From Bispira polyomma (lineage: Eukaryota), in assembly GCA_965649765.1 (NCBI GenBank), contig OZ287749.1:72602001-72666000 (forward strand): a stretch of DNA of 64,000 nucleotides, given 5' to 3'. The notes below the pieces were generated by a model. It had not been told where the DNA came from and did not search any database. It was given only the letters and a program-made list of their open reading frames with translations. Numbering within the stretch: position 1 is the first letter of the stretch; every line of letters starts with the position of its first letter. The position numbers and the translations under genes are program-made. Below are positions 1 through 13,194 of the stretch, piece after piece.

Positions 1-974
1 GTTAAACTTTAAAAAATTCCAGTCTAAAGATTCTTTTTTAAGATTAATCACATTACTCGTGCAACATGCCAATAATACAGCTGTTCTATAACAACGATAG
101 TTTGTTTTCACTTCCAAAAAACTACTTTCTTATATCTTAGAACATGTAACTTATCAAACAAAAAGCTGGACATCATTCCAGAAAATCCAAACCCCCAAGA
201 TCTCAGTCAACGGTGCATTCATTTTGTGGTTATTTCCTTATTTCCCCATCACTTAGCAACTAACGAGTTCTCAAAGAAGGGTACTCAACTCTAAGAAGAG
301 GGATACTGGGGACCATTTTCGTCTTAGATAGTAGTCAATAGGTATCAATGGTTTCCATGGTGAAAGAGATGAAGCAATAAAAAGGATGTCAGCTTAAGGT
401 CAAGTTTAAGAGCTGTAATAAACCTTTATTGCAGCTTAGAGTTGCAAAACTATCTCATAAAATCCCCTTTTGATAAAGAACCCATGCTTTGCTATCTGGG
501 AGGGACGGGGCGTTAAAAAATAATGGATAAATCTAAGGTTCTGAAGTTTCAGAAGATAAGCAACTGCCAATCGATACAAACAGTTGTTGAGGTATATTAC
601 ATTTTATTTGTTGAACAAGCACCGTCAATATATCATGACAGACGATTTAAGTGAAGAATTGTGAGAATGAACACCCCTACCTAAAAACCAAGTAAACATA
701 GCCATAAGGCAGGACAGTTTCTAAAATTACCAGCTTAACATAAATGCCATTATGGTACCTGAAATTGTAATATGCAGCCAATGTTGACAAAACACAAGAG
801 GTTCTTTGTAAAACCTGGATGTATAAAGAGATATAACTCAATTACTTCAAACAGTATATTAGATGATTATCTTCTTATCTATTGTCTGACACACAAAAGT
901 GAGTTGTATTACTTTGTATCAGTTTGCATTCCTATAGAGAGACCATGGTTGATCTTACTTGTATTTTTACTCAG

Positions 975-1068
975 GTACCCCTTCAGCATATCCCTGATAG
1001 AGATGAACAAATGGACAACGTACAAAGTCTTCAAGGTGACTCCAGATATGGAATGCCAGTCCCAAATG
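975..1068 (+). CDS. Internal coding exon (phase 0-1) of unidentified gene A: VPLQHIPDRDEQMDNVQSLQGDSRYGMPVPN
   Basis: Acceptor tttttactcAG, donor GTaaat; 94 nt open; phase matches the next exon (G|AG = Glu). Confidence 0.75.
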
Positions 1069-1373
1069 GTAAATATTAAGAACGATTTTCATCAAAACCA
1101 GTGTTATGTCATAAAAGGCATTCATAACTTATACGGAAGTTAAAATGGAAACAAGGTTGATTTATTTTACCATAAATAACTGAATACAGATAAAATGTTT
1201 ATCATGACATATTATTATGTAAATAAATAATTACTAGTACAATATTATGCATGAGTATTACTACTGCGATCCGAAAAAATACTGTGCCAATCAATTAGTA
1301 TGGTTAATAAAATACAGTTATATTATTAGGTTAATATTGAAATATGTAAAAAACTATAATTCTTTATTTTTAG

Positions 1374-1429
1374 AGTTATACAATGATGAAGAAACACTTC
1401 GAAATATGCAGCAGTATGAAAAACTACAG
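1374..1429 (+). CDS. Internal coding exon (phase 1-0) of gene A: ELYNDEETLRNMQQYEKLQ
   Basis: Acceptor tctttatttttAG, donor CAG|GTaaaa; 56 nt; phases fit both neighbours. Confidence 0.8.
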
Positions 1430-2224
1430 GTAAAACAAGAACAGTTCAGAAACATCACAAAACAATAGGGGTTTACAAAAAAACACTACCAAAAGCACAT
1501 ATGTTCATGTAGGTTTCAGTGCTCAGCTGTTAAAAGTCGAAGTTTCCAAATATATCATCAAAACTATTGAACATTGGATTACATACTACACAGTAGGTCA
1601 TCAGCAAAGTGATTATTAGTGGATCTTTTAAATTAAGTCTCAACGTGACCATTCATTTTGACGAAAAACAAATCAGCAGAGGCTTAAAGGACTTTCCTGT
1701 GGGTAGTGGAGACTAATTTACTGCTTATTGGGCTAGAAGTATGTTAATTTGTGGTCACATCATTGTCGTGGACAATCTAGCAAGGAAGAAAATACATGCT
1801 AAATGAAAAGATTGGAGCTTTGCAATTGCAAAAAATATAAAAGACAGAACCCATTGTGCTAATTATTGTAATTTTGAAAAAAGAATGGATCATGATCTAT
1901 TTTGAGTTCAACTGAGTTCCACTTTCACTTTATATAGGCATAGGCTATAATATGACACTTAAAGTTATTGGTAGAGAGAACTAGTACTCCATATAGAATC
2001 TATAGTCATACCATAAGTCACTGACTTGGGGCAGGTATCCTGACATACTTTCTCTAATGGAACCACTGTGCTGAGAGACTTTTCAATCATTTTAATTCAT
2101 TCTCATTGAAAAAATGTGCACTTTTGTCAAAGATTGTACACTTATTCAATGCCACTTAAAAATAAGAATCATATAATATATGGAATATAAGATACACATA
2201 TATAGAGGCGTAACTGAAGTATGT

Positions 2225-2315
2225 GATAAACGTTGATGTTCTCTCTTTTGAGGCCAGAGTACAGGGACCTGGAAAACTGTACTCTATATTCAAGGAGAGA
2301 ACGCTAATGATTATC
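2225..2315. repeat. ~90-bp imperfect hairpin / tiny MITE-like inverted repeat
   Basis: gataaacgttgatgttctctcttttga...agagtacag pairs with ctgtactct...tcaaggagagaacgctaatgattatc. Confidence 0.55.
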
Positions 2316-2399
2316 CACCTAACCTATCCTTAGGTCTATGTGGATCCTACCATATAAACTAAGCATGAGACCACAGTAAGAAGTGATAACTAAGAACGT

Positions 2400-2540
2400 G
2401 TCTCAAGCAAACAGACAATGTGTAATGCCAAAATATGGATACCTGAATATGAACCACCGGGGAAAAGAAATGAGACAGATCCTTGGGCGAAAGGTAGGAT
2501 TAAGACGTGCGATTAGTTTGGACTGTGAAAGCCCTAATAC
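2400..2540 (+). mobile_element. Possible degenerate 3' end of an RTE-clade LINE
   Basis: One frame reads WIPEYEPPGKRN, resembling the W.P.GKR..GRP C-terminal motif of RTE ORFs; short and decayed. Confidence 0.3.
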
Positions 2541-5471
2541 AAATATATTCCTCATTGTGTACATGTACAGCCAATTAGCATCTGTGCAACTGACAATTAC
2601 TGGAAACAAAGGCTTGGAGGTGACTATTTACCGGGAATTGAACACAACAACAGAGCATTGTGATGCTATGAGGTTATCTGAGCTACTGTGTAGTTACCTA
2701 TACTTAATATAGAACTAAGAGTGTACCAGGAAATGCAAGATAACGTAGGTAACTCTATTAAGTCTCCATCTCCATGTTCTATTTTTACAAGTTTGTTGAG
2801 AAATAACTTTTTTTTATATTTGAAAATATGAAAGGAAAATATATTTAAACCTCGAAAAGAACTAAAATAAAATAGAGAATATTAAAAATTTTATTCGGAA
2901 TCCAAAGTTACTCTAATGATATTTTCATTGAAGTTTAACACAGTAGTTCAAAAGCAGTTTTAGTTAGTCTTGATTAATATCTTTATAATTCATTGAACAA
3001 TTAATTAAATATTAGAATAATAAGTATTTTCTCAATAATATAGTCTAAGCTGATTTACACAAGGATTCAAACAGATTATACAGCGCCATCTCTTATTATA
3101 AGGCGCCATACTTTATCCCCTCTGATTAAGTCGTCTTATTCCAGCCTCCAAATGGACTATAGTTTGTCACATAAAGCCAATTACTAGTCATAAAAGTAAG
3201 CCGTTCCATCTCTGAGGAGCAACTTTTTTTGAAAATGAATTCTTGAATATTATTGTTTTTCTGGGTGTTATATCTAAATGACATGGATTTAAGATGGATC
3301 ATTATCTGTTATTTTATAGCTATTAGGTTTCATATGAACAACCGGTTGAAATGGAGCGTTCTCTTTGCACCAATTGCAGACAGAAATTAATTTTGCTGAA
3401 AGGACAAGACTAATGTTTCTGAAAAAAACCCATTCAGAATGACAGTATAATATCACTTGTTTGAATGCTTGTCCAATTGTTGGGAAGAAAGTGAGCCCAG
3501 TTTTCGGGAAAAAAACAAAATTAATTTTCTTATATAATTTTTTCCATGGGACAAATATAGAATCCAGAGAAATTCTATATTTCCATGCACACAAATAGTT
3601 CTTTGTTCGAAAAGTAATATATAAAAAATAATAGAACTGGGATAATGCCCAGGTTAACATGGTATCTTAAGATTTTTATACGTGGTTAATACTTGAAAAT
3701 ATAGATGAACATTGCACCATTGTTGTACAACTGTAAAATAGTGTAAAACATTGGTTCTAAGAGATATTCTTGAAGCTAAAATACCTCCATTTATATGAGA
3801 TGAATGAGTTTATTTGGGAATTACACTAATAAAGTTTGATACAAAACTTGCCGTAACAAGGACCAAAAACGCTGCATTTCACCGAGCCAAAATGAAGGAA
3901 AAAATTTACTGCGGGGCTAATCAGGTATGACGTCATTGCAGGGTTATTTGGCAATAATTGCACTGCAGTAAAGAGGTTGTGATTTACACAGTTGCTTCGC
4001 CAGGGGGAAATATAAAAGACAGTCAACATAAAAGAAATAGCCTTTTGAAAGTAACATCAAAATAACCCTCTTCACAAATTAAAGATTTTCGTCTGCTCTG
4101 AAGAATCCCTTTGGGACTGTTCCCCGCCTATTTTTCTAATGGCCTTTTCTGAGTGTATTATTACCGGGAAGAAATGTTTCCTTTAAGGAAGCCTGGAAAG
4201 GCAACCGCAGATACACAAACAAAAAATGGATGCATTCAGGAGAAAATGGATTTGGTAATGTAATCTGGTGGAACGTTTTTTCCTTTCGGCTTCCCAGGGT
4301 TGACATTTTGCAGCTAAATTGCCATTTTATTTTTTGTTATTTAGTAGACTTTTTCAGTTTCTATCTATCTTTATTTGAATTATTGAATAAAACTAACCAT
4401 GTTTGTGAATGATAGCCATTGGTTTTTTGTCACCAGAGGTTTGGCAACAAAAATCTGTATAAAATAGAGACCTTTTTAAAATAATATCTATGTGACAAAA
4501 TAGTTCTAGTTATTAGAAATGGACCTTAAGCCTGACATACACCAGTGTAGATATAAGAAATGAATAGATTGGTCTATAGATTAATTCTAAAAGAAGAGAA
4601 CTAAGGGAGCAGTCTCTGTATCATGTGGCAACAAGAGTTGTCTTGTCAAAAAGACACATGCGCACAGTTGAAAAAAACACTAATGTTGATATGGCCACTA
4701 TATACTCAGGCCCCCAAGCTGCGCCTGATAACAAAACATCCAACATCCCTCAGGTTGGCCGGGTTGATTACTTCTAATGAACCGATGAAGGCTTTGCATA
4801 TTTTTTAAGATGGCGGCGTCATGTTCAGAATGATAAAACAATATCAAGCATCATATTAGGCTAGCAGTTTTAAACATTAATATGTATCTGGTGTAATATC
4901 AGAGAAAGTAGACATTTTTAGTCACAACTCAAGTCAGATTTTTCAATGTACACTGGAATTTGTCAAGATTTGGAATGTAAAAATTGCATAAAGTCACTAA
5001 CAGTAAAAAAACACCAAAGGGGTTTCCCACGAGGCCATAAACAGGGATATGTGTTGCTTGAACAAATTTAGCCGATGCCCAAGATTGGTACACTAACGAT
5101 GGGGCAGAGAAGGTTATTAAATACTGGTTAATTTTTGCACACTTTGACTGAGTGACAAGTTCTATAGTCAGACTTGAAAAAAGTAATATTGCATTTTTAA
5201 ACATGTGTAAAGCATTTACAATGATTGCAACATTTTGGAGAACATACTGCATAATCCTAGAAAGTAATTCAGGTACAGATGTATCAAGATACAATTGGTG
5301 ACAGATAGGAAATGCACAATGTACCGTGGTGTGCAATTTTTTGGCTTTCAAGTAAATAATACAATGACGTCACAGCTATTTTTCAAAAAAACTTTTTCAG
5401 GTAGTTAAACTGTAAAACTTCTGTCTGTCTGTACCTTTATGTAAGGTGTTAATTCTTGTCATATATTTCAG

Positions 5472-5636
5472 GATTTCTATGGAGATAAAACCGCCCATGT
5501 GGTGGCCAAGAAGCAAGGGGGCTATGGATCTGTAGTGGATTATCGACAGACCTACCCAAATCAAGTGTTTAACCAACATTCCCAAGAGGAGACTGAAGGC
5601 AGTGGGGAGAATGATACTCCACACAACAAACTTGTA
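5472..5636 (+). CDS. Internal coding exon (phase 0-0) of gene A: DFYGDKTAHVVAKKQGGYGSVVDYRQTYPNQVFNQHSQEETEGSGENDTPHNKLV
   Basis: Acceptor atatttcAG, donor GTaagc; 165 nt, open, GC-elevated relative to flanks. Confidence 0.8.
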
Positions 5637-6349
5637 GTAAGCTAAACTGGATACTACACTTCTTTGGCGACATCTTAAGCTGCATTTACATTCATACGGT
5701 TGCTGCTCACTAACAGGGATTGAGTGTGTAAATTTGTTGTCAGTATATAGTTTTTGGAACCAATTGGATATATATTTAAAAAATATTTAAAAAAAAAAAA
5801 AAAGAATTTAGGGTGATTTTTAAGCTATTCGGCGTGACAAAGTACAGTTCTTAAAATTCTGCAAAAAAAAATAATAATAATACTCTTAATGAGATGCAGC
5901 CATATCGATGTGAACTGAGCTTAACTGAGCTTATCACTTTGATGTTATTAATGTGTTAAAGCTAATTGAAGGACCTATCTATGTATTTTGTATATGTAAG
6001 TCAGCCACTGATACACTTTGGCTTGTGAACCTCTTCCTTTGACAGAGATTTAATGCACGTGAAGTACTATCTTAATTGTATGAGTAAACCACACAGTCTT
6101 GTTGAAATAACTACATTTTTGGGGGGTGTTTTTTGGATTGGGGGTAAAATTTAACCGTAAATTTAAGTATCAAATAAATTACCCATGTTGATAAATTTAC
6201 CCCCCAAAAGGAACTAAATGGCCCGGATACGGTGTTCACTAAAAATGAATATCAAATAGGTAAATAGCAATTTTTGAAATAGTGTTACAGAAGCAATGAA
6301 ATGTAGTAAAATTTATGAATAAAATGGCGGTCCCGTAGTGTGCTGTAAA

Positions 6350-6567
6350 TAGGAACCTTAGTTTTGTTGCGGTAACACTCTCCAACCTCCGCAGTCATAG
6401 TTCTACTATTCTGAGCCACCGCATGTATCTTGGAAAGTCGGCACTGGACTTGCTGAAGGCTGGTGATTTACAGTGCAGAACACCTGTTCTACTCTTTCCT
6501 CTAACAATTAACTCGTCGAGTGATACCATATTTGTTAAATTGTTAAAGGCAATGTTAAACTGAACAT
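6350..6567 (+). mobile_element. Old diverged SINE copy (family 1-related) in the last intron of gene A
   Basis: gacttgctgaaggctggtgatttacagtgcagaa...tttcctc...gttaaa matches the body and tail of family 1. Confidence 0.5.
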
Positions 6568-6622
6568 AGTAGAATATAAGTCTTACTGTGCTCGTAACAT
6601 GAGCTTATTTCTCTACCACCAG

Positions 6623-6706
6623 GATCAGACCATTGTAGAGGATGAGATGAGAGAACAAATGAAAGCTGACAACAAAATCCCTGTCTTCAAAGTCCCCATG
6701 ATGTGA
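6623..6706 (+). CDS. Terminal coding exon of gene A: DQTIVEDEMREQMKADNKIPVFKVPMM*
   Basis: Acceptor ttatttctctaccaccAG, phase 0, TGA at 6704-6706, followed by AT-rich UTR-like sequence with AATAAA motifs. Confidence 0.78.
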   Translation, partial: DQTIVEDEMREQMKADNKIPVFKVPMM

Positions 6707-7030
6707 AGGCAGCTGTCAACATCTAACTAAATGCAAAATCAAAGATGAAGCTCTTATTTTAAAATTCTTAGTTTTGACTCTAATTTTAGTTTAATAGAAG
6801 TAAATGTAATACAATTTTTATTATAACCCTGGGAAAGTTTGGATGAACACTATTGATGGAAGTATGTCTATATGGATGTATATATTACCTTTCTTTACCT
6901 TACATCTGCTTCAGTTTAATCAAAATTGCAAAATGAGCTATATTTGAAGTTAGAATCTGTGTACGCGTGTATTGCTTATGCAAAATGAGAAAATGTTTAC
7001 CAGTCATCAGCACAACGATTAAGATCATCT

Positions 7031-7044
7031 AATAAACAAATAAA
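7031..7044 (+). terminator. Candidate polyadenylation signals (two AATAAA) of gene A
   Basis: aataaacaaataaa about 325 nt after the stop codon; AATAAA is common in this AT-rich DNA, so usage is uncertain. Confidence 0.3.
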
Positions 7045-7664
7045 TCCATGCAAAATGTATATAAACAATGGCTAGCAATGAATGTACTATTGTATTATAT
7101 ACTTCACGTAACAGGCTTTTAAAGAAAAAGTATTTGTCTGTAAATAATAGTGATAAATAAAAAAAAAAAAAAATCCACATGTACCTTACATAGCCCTATA
7201 ACATATAAACATGTTTCTTCAAATGTGTTATGGTATAGGATGGGGTCTTTTGTGGGTATTGATATTTAGACTTTTTGTCCACGGTAAATTCCAAGTGGAT
7301 GTCTTTCGCCCACACTTTTAATTCTTGTAACCAGTAGTACCAGAAATTATCTGTAAAAAGATGATAACATTCCAAAGGTCGTTAGCTCTAAGACAATTCA
7401 AATACAAAAATAAATAAATGCAGGTGCTTCATTCTAGAATAGTCTGTAATTCTGTAATAAAGAAATGCAATTTAGAACAACCTAAAATTAACTTATCTGA
7501 AAGGTGTCACAAAAAAAACAACAACTTGCATCTGTAATATGGAAATAAACTCGTCCTAAAACCTACTTTCCACTAAAGAATTTTTGTAAATACCCTACAC
7601 ACTTGGGAATGAAATTTTCTGTCCTAAATTTGAAAAAGTCTTGTTGGGCTTATATATTGGCTTT

Positions 7665-7862
7665 GGGGCTCTGGTGGCGTAGTGGTTAATATACATACTC
7701 TTCCCAGGTTGTGGGTTTATGTGTGACAGTTGGCAGTTACTTGCTGATGCCTACTACTTTACAGTGCAGAATCTTGACCAACTAGCATGCAGTGCTTTCC
7801 GCCCACCAGTAAAACCCATACAATGTGTTGAAAGCAGTTTTATAAACCCAATCAATCAATAT
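7665..7862 (+). mobile_element. Diverged tRNA-derived SINE (family 1-related)
   Basis: ggggctctggtggcgtagtggtta head, cagtgcagaatcttgaccaact body, (TCAA)n tail. Confidence 0.65.
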
Positions 7863-8640
7863 TAGCTTTTATTGGGCAAAAAGGTATGGGGATTGCAGAC
7901 TGGAGCGGAGTATGAGTTTAAATGTGGTGACTGGTGTGTATGGAATAATGATTTAGTTAAAGCATAATACAGACAAAATCTATTGGTAAAATACCTATAA
8001 AAATATGTGACATTTTTGGCACTATTACATTGTTTAATAGGCAAATATCTTTCCCATGTGACATTTTGCTTCTTTTTTTTTTTGTGAAAGTTGTTTAAAA
8101 GTGCACAATACACACATATTTATGTATGGATATTATTTGTTCGTCTTTATTTTACTAGATGTCTATATTATAACTAAGTCACTGCATACACAAATATTTC
8201 AACAAATAAGTCACAATATATTTGTAATATACCTGTATATATGTAAAATTTGTTAGCCGATACACTTGATGAAAAAGTTGTTATTCTCAGTCAAACTTGT
8301 TTGTTACTGACTTTCTAAAGGCAAACCAAACAGTGATTTGTGTGGGGAGAGGGCTTATTTATAGAGGTTAGAGAGTATATTAGGAACTAGGTTAAATGTC
8401 TGTGGAATATTTGGTTTTATTTATAAACTAGAAGGCACAAAGTAAAGTGCATACCTCCGCCAAGGCACCACAGTGAAAAAAAGAAGTAAAAACAAATCCT
8501 GAATTCACAATTCAGAATTACTTATATAATTTGGTTGATTAGTTTTTGTGTACTCCTGGTGATCAATAACTGAACAAACCAATGGAACTTAGAACTAATT
8601 TTATTTCAGATCTGCTTACTGGGTGTATCAAAACAACATA

Positions 8641-8928
8641 CTATAATTTCTGTAATAAACGCCCCATGGCTTAGGGTTTTTCCAAAAAGGGGTGGACGGG
8701 GTGGGGTGTGGGGGTGGGGGGGCTATTATGTAAGAAAACAATTTTGATATGTGGCAGTGTAACATATTGTTAAATAAATCACAGTAATATGTATAAATCA
8801 ATTGAACTATCTACAGACTATCTAGATTCTTAACCATTGGGAGTCAATCAAATTTACATATCGCCAACTTCTTTTCAAATGGGGTTGGGCTATAATTAGA
8901 GAAAGGGCCTATGTTACAGAAAATATGG
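8641..8928. mobile_element. Tc1/mariner-type (pogo/Tigger-like) MITE
   Basis: TA|ctataatttctgtaataaacgccc ... gggcctatgttacagaaaatatgg|TA: ~24-bp imperfect TIRs with TA on both sides. Confidence 0.6.
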
Positions 8929-10893
8929 TATAGATCAATCCAAAGTTTGGGTTTTTGTATAGTGCTCTGATATGTTTTTATTACCTTATTTTCTGAATAT
9001 CTGGACCAAAAAAAATATAGTTCACATAAAAAACTAATCTCTTACATTTATTATTTTATGCATAGTTATTGTAAGAAAGCAAAAACAGGTGTAAAAAATT
9101 ATTAATTTTCTATCTTGTTTAAAACAGAAAATAGCTTCACTATCTTGCTGTGATGTGGTTGTTTATTGGTCTAATAATAATCAGAATAAATTGATGTCTT
9201 CTATTTTTCAATAAATATATACATATATGAAATTCGTCTGAGGAATGATTTATAATAAGCATATCTAATTCTTGTCTTACATATGTTCTCAATTGTTTTT
9301 CAAAAGCCCAAGCTTTTCCTATTATCATAATAAGGTATTAAAATTATGATTGCTGCGATAGATATAAATATTTAAAAAAAATTGTTATTTATAACATTCC
9401 AATTTGAAAACTGATAAAAATCAATATGTAAATAGATGTAAAAGGTTTTGTGTACCATGTAAATTACAACTGCTTGGTTTCATTGTTTTATTTGTATTGA
9501 TTCTGTGAACTTTGGATGACAATAAACAATTTGGGATATAATATTTGTGTTGTTAATGGCAATAGTTCGGTCAACCTGATACTCATTTCTTTTTTCTCAA
9601 TGGGGCACTTTCAGAATCTTTATAAATATGTCTTATCCGTACCACTATTGTCCTTAAAACACACCAAAACTCATAATTTATGGTTTATATAAATAAGAAT
9701 TTTAGTCTGTAGAAGGAGAGGGAGATCTCTCAAATATTCACTGTTTTTGTAGCTTATTTAATGTCCATTGAACCATGGTCTAATATATGTTGGGTGTATT
9801 TTGCCTTCCTATTAAAACTAGACATAATAGCTGAAATGTATTGGAAACAAATGTATAAACTTCAATTCTATTCTACATTGCAAGGGCTAAATATTCTGCA
9901 CTTTGTGAGACTGGTGGAAAGTAGTGATGATCAATATCATATTGCTAGGTTTAGACCTTTTTACGGTTGAGAGGTTAAAGAGTGCGCATGGTGCATTATG
10001 TGTAAAGATTTTCTTTTGTATACACAAGTCCAAAGTAACAAAGCCGAGTGAAAAAAATGACTTATAAAAAATATGATAAGCAAAAAAATATGCAAATTAA
10101 ATATGCAAATATCAATAAAATACATACAAATATTCAAAAAAGCCTCTCACCAGTTCTGTCATCGGTTTTAATCTCGCACCTGGTGGTTTTGCACAGCGAC
10201 GTTAAACCCAAATAAAACCAAAACGTTCCAATCAGTTTTACCATAGGTTGCACTAAGTCATACATGAGATCATTATATGAGTACATACATCTGCAATCCC
10301 TTTGGCCTTGTAAATAGTCTAAATAGTATCTGAAATCAACAAAACACATTAGTTTCTTTACAGCAGCTGTGTGAACACTGTAAATTTGTTTTTAAAAAAA
10401 TACCCAGGTCCTACTTTCACCACCTATCTCCACAACTGTCACAACTATGCCGATTGTCTGTCCAACTGGAGGATTTCATGGATGCATTATGATGTCTTGC
10501 TTTATTTATTATATTATGTACTTCTATAATATACATCTATAGAGCCAAGAACCCCTTTTCTGTGAACAGCCAGAACGGGACATAGTTACTCATGATTACA
10601 ATGTAGTTTACACAGTTCTTCACAAATTTAATTTTTCTATATTTGTATACTAAAATACCTTTTTTATTTACAAACTTTCTATTATCAGAAAGAATTCTTG
10701 CTGTCCTAAACTGTTTAGAAAAGACATTCCACTGTAGTACAAAACAACAGTAATATTCAGTGGTATATTTAACCATCTTTAACTTAGCTATAAATGATAA
10801 CCTTGCAGACAATATCTCCAGTTGTTTCCATAACTAAATTAAACAATGGATATTTTTGTCTCCATAATGTACATTTCTTGTACTGCAGTATAA

Positions 10894-12196
10894 GATCAGT
10901 GTGGCAGAACATCCTAGTATACCGTTTATTCTCATGGAAAATCAGTGTAACATATCGTCCTAGTACACAGTTTATTCCCTGAGAAGATCAGTGTAATATA
11001 ACGTCCTAGTATACAGTTTATTCCCGTAGAAGATCAGTGTAACATAACGTCCTAGTACACAGTTTATTCCTGTAGAAGATCAGTGTAACATAACGTCCTA
11101 GTACACAGTTTATTCCTGTAGAAGATCAGTGTAACATAACGTCCTAGTATACAGTTTATTCCTGTAGAAGATCAGTGTAACATAACGTCCTAGTACACAG
11201 TTTATTCCTGTAGAAGATCAGTGTAACATAACGTCCTAGTATACAGTTTATTCCTGTAGAAGATCAGTATGGCCTAATGTCCTAGTATACAGTTTTTTCC
11301 TGTAGAATATCAGTTTGACATAACGTCCTAGTATACAGTTTATTTTTGTAGACTATCAGTGTGACAGAACGTCCTAGTATACAGTTTATTCCTGTAGAAT
11401 ATCAGTGTGGCATAACAACCTAGTATACAGTTTATTCCTGTAGAAATTGAATATTTGAATTGGGATATTTAACGTCCACTCTAGTACCTGTTTAGGTTAT
11501 ATTGGGACGGGTAGCTGGAAAAGCAGGAGGAAACACTGCATACAGTTGATCAAGGTTCTGCACTGAAACCAGCAGCCCACTGTAAGGAACTACCACCTTT
11601 CCCACATAGGCATCGACAGGATTTGAACTCACGTCTCCCAGAGGTGAGAGACCAGTGATAGTGAAGCACAATGCTTGCTAACCACTAACCACACCGCGGC
11701 CCCCTCTCCTGTAGAAGATCAGTGTAACATAACGTCCTAGTATACAGTTTATTCCTGTAGTAGATCCGTGTAACATGACGTCCTAGTATACAGTTTATTC
11801 CTGTAGAAGATCAGTGTTCCATAATGTCCTAGTATACAGTTTATTCCTGTAGAATATAAGTGTAACATAATGTCCTAGTATATACTTTATTCATGTACAG
11901 CATCAGTATGGCATAACGTCCTAGTACACAGTTTTATTCCTGTAGAATATCAGTGTGGCAGAACATCCTAGTATACAGTTTATTTTTGTAGATCAGTGTG
12001 GAAGAACGTCCTAGTATACAGTTTATTCCTGTAGAAGATTAGTGTTCCATAACGTCCTAGTAAACAGTTTATTATTGTAGAATATCAGTGTGGCAGAACG
12101 TCCTAGTATACAGTTTGTTCTGGTAGAAGATCAGTGTAACATAACATCCTAGTATACAGTTTATTCCTGTAGAATATCAGTGTGACATAACGTCCT
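10894..12196. repeat. 46-bp minisatellite (~22 units) interrupted by a SINE
   Basis: Unit cctagtatacagtttattcctgtagaagatcagtgtaacataacgt; period 46 (cctag at 11051 and 11097). Confidence 0.95.
11447..11704 (-). mobile_element. Young tRNA-derived SINE, family 1, inserted in the minisatellite
   Basis: Highly similar to copies at 22659, 37955 and 46465; flanked by tcctgtagaa at 11436-11445 and 11707-11716. Confidence 0.93.
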
Positions 12197-13194
12197 TTTT
12201 ACACCAATATTAAAATATATATCTTATCGCAGTGCTAAGCGTTGATACATTAAAGTCATTTATACTCTGCTGTTTCCCACTGGATTCCCACCAATATTGC
12301 TTTATGAACAGAATGATTATGTTGATAAAACTAATATGTGTGTATTCTCAGGTTATTAAATATAAACGTACAAAAGCAGCATCTATGCACCTAAAACTAT
12401 TGTATTTTTACAGCGTACCATATATGTACAAAGTTCATGTGCATATATAGAACTCTATTTTAATATCAAGTTATAGGTTGCAACCACGTACCAATATAGT
12501 ATTGCTCCGTGAGACATACCATCTGGGATAATTTAGTTCACAAACTGTCGATAATATGACCAGGTATTGATCATGCAAATAAACGTTGACGTCATTAAAA
12601 ACATTTCAAAAGCTACGCCTACTAGTCTTTTTGGAAACGCGTCGATGAAGACAGATGGATTCTACTGTTGTTTGGTCAGTTTCAATATTTGAATCAACAT
12701 TAGTTCTGAAGCTAAGAACGGTCCGGGAGTCCGATAGGCCGTTTGCTCCCTCCTCGTTCTAATTGCCTCAATTGGATGTATTAGTGAAATTTGTTTTGCA
12801 ACAATCATAGTATTAAAATTATTTACTTAGTATAATAAGAAAATAACTATTTATTTAAATAGATTACAACTGATGCAGACATTTACAAAAGTAAAGCTTA
12901 GCCCATTTCTTCATTTTTACTAAAACCCCATATATCGACCATAGTTTTGCGCCAAAGAAGTTGGCGCAAAACATAGCAAGTTAAATATAGCATGTCACCT
13001 TTTTGCAGCTACTGTAACACAATAAACAGGCACAAAACTAGATATCCACGTTATAAAAGTACTTAGTCAATGAGAACTGACATTATTATTCAGGTATTTT
13101 GATCTTAAAATCTCAAACAGACGATTTTGTTAGCCATTGTTGAAATTGTATTCTAACCGGTGAAAAAAAATATGATAAACCAAAATATTGGTAC

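Noticed and set aside
141-591. Possible further upstream exons of gene A (141-~228; ~553-591)
   Set aside because: Weak donors and ambiguous frames; no independent support.
772-1143. 123-aa ORF from the track
   Set aside because: Only 975-1068 looks exonic, and the phase-consistent reading is a different frame; the rest is intron-like.
10894-12196. CRISPR-like appearance of regular repeats (also 25774-26009 and 31016-31361)
   Set aside because: Head-to-tail units with no unique spacers, no cas genes, eukaryotic context.
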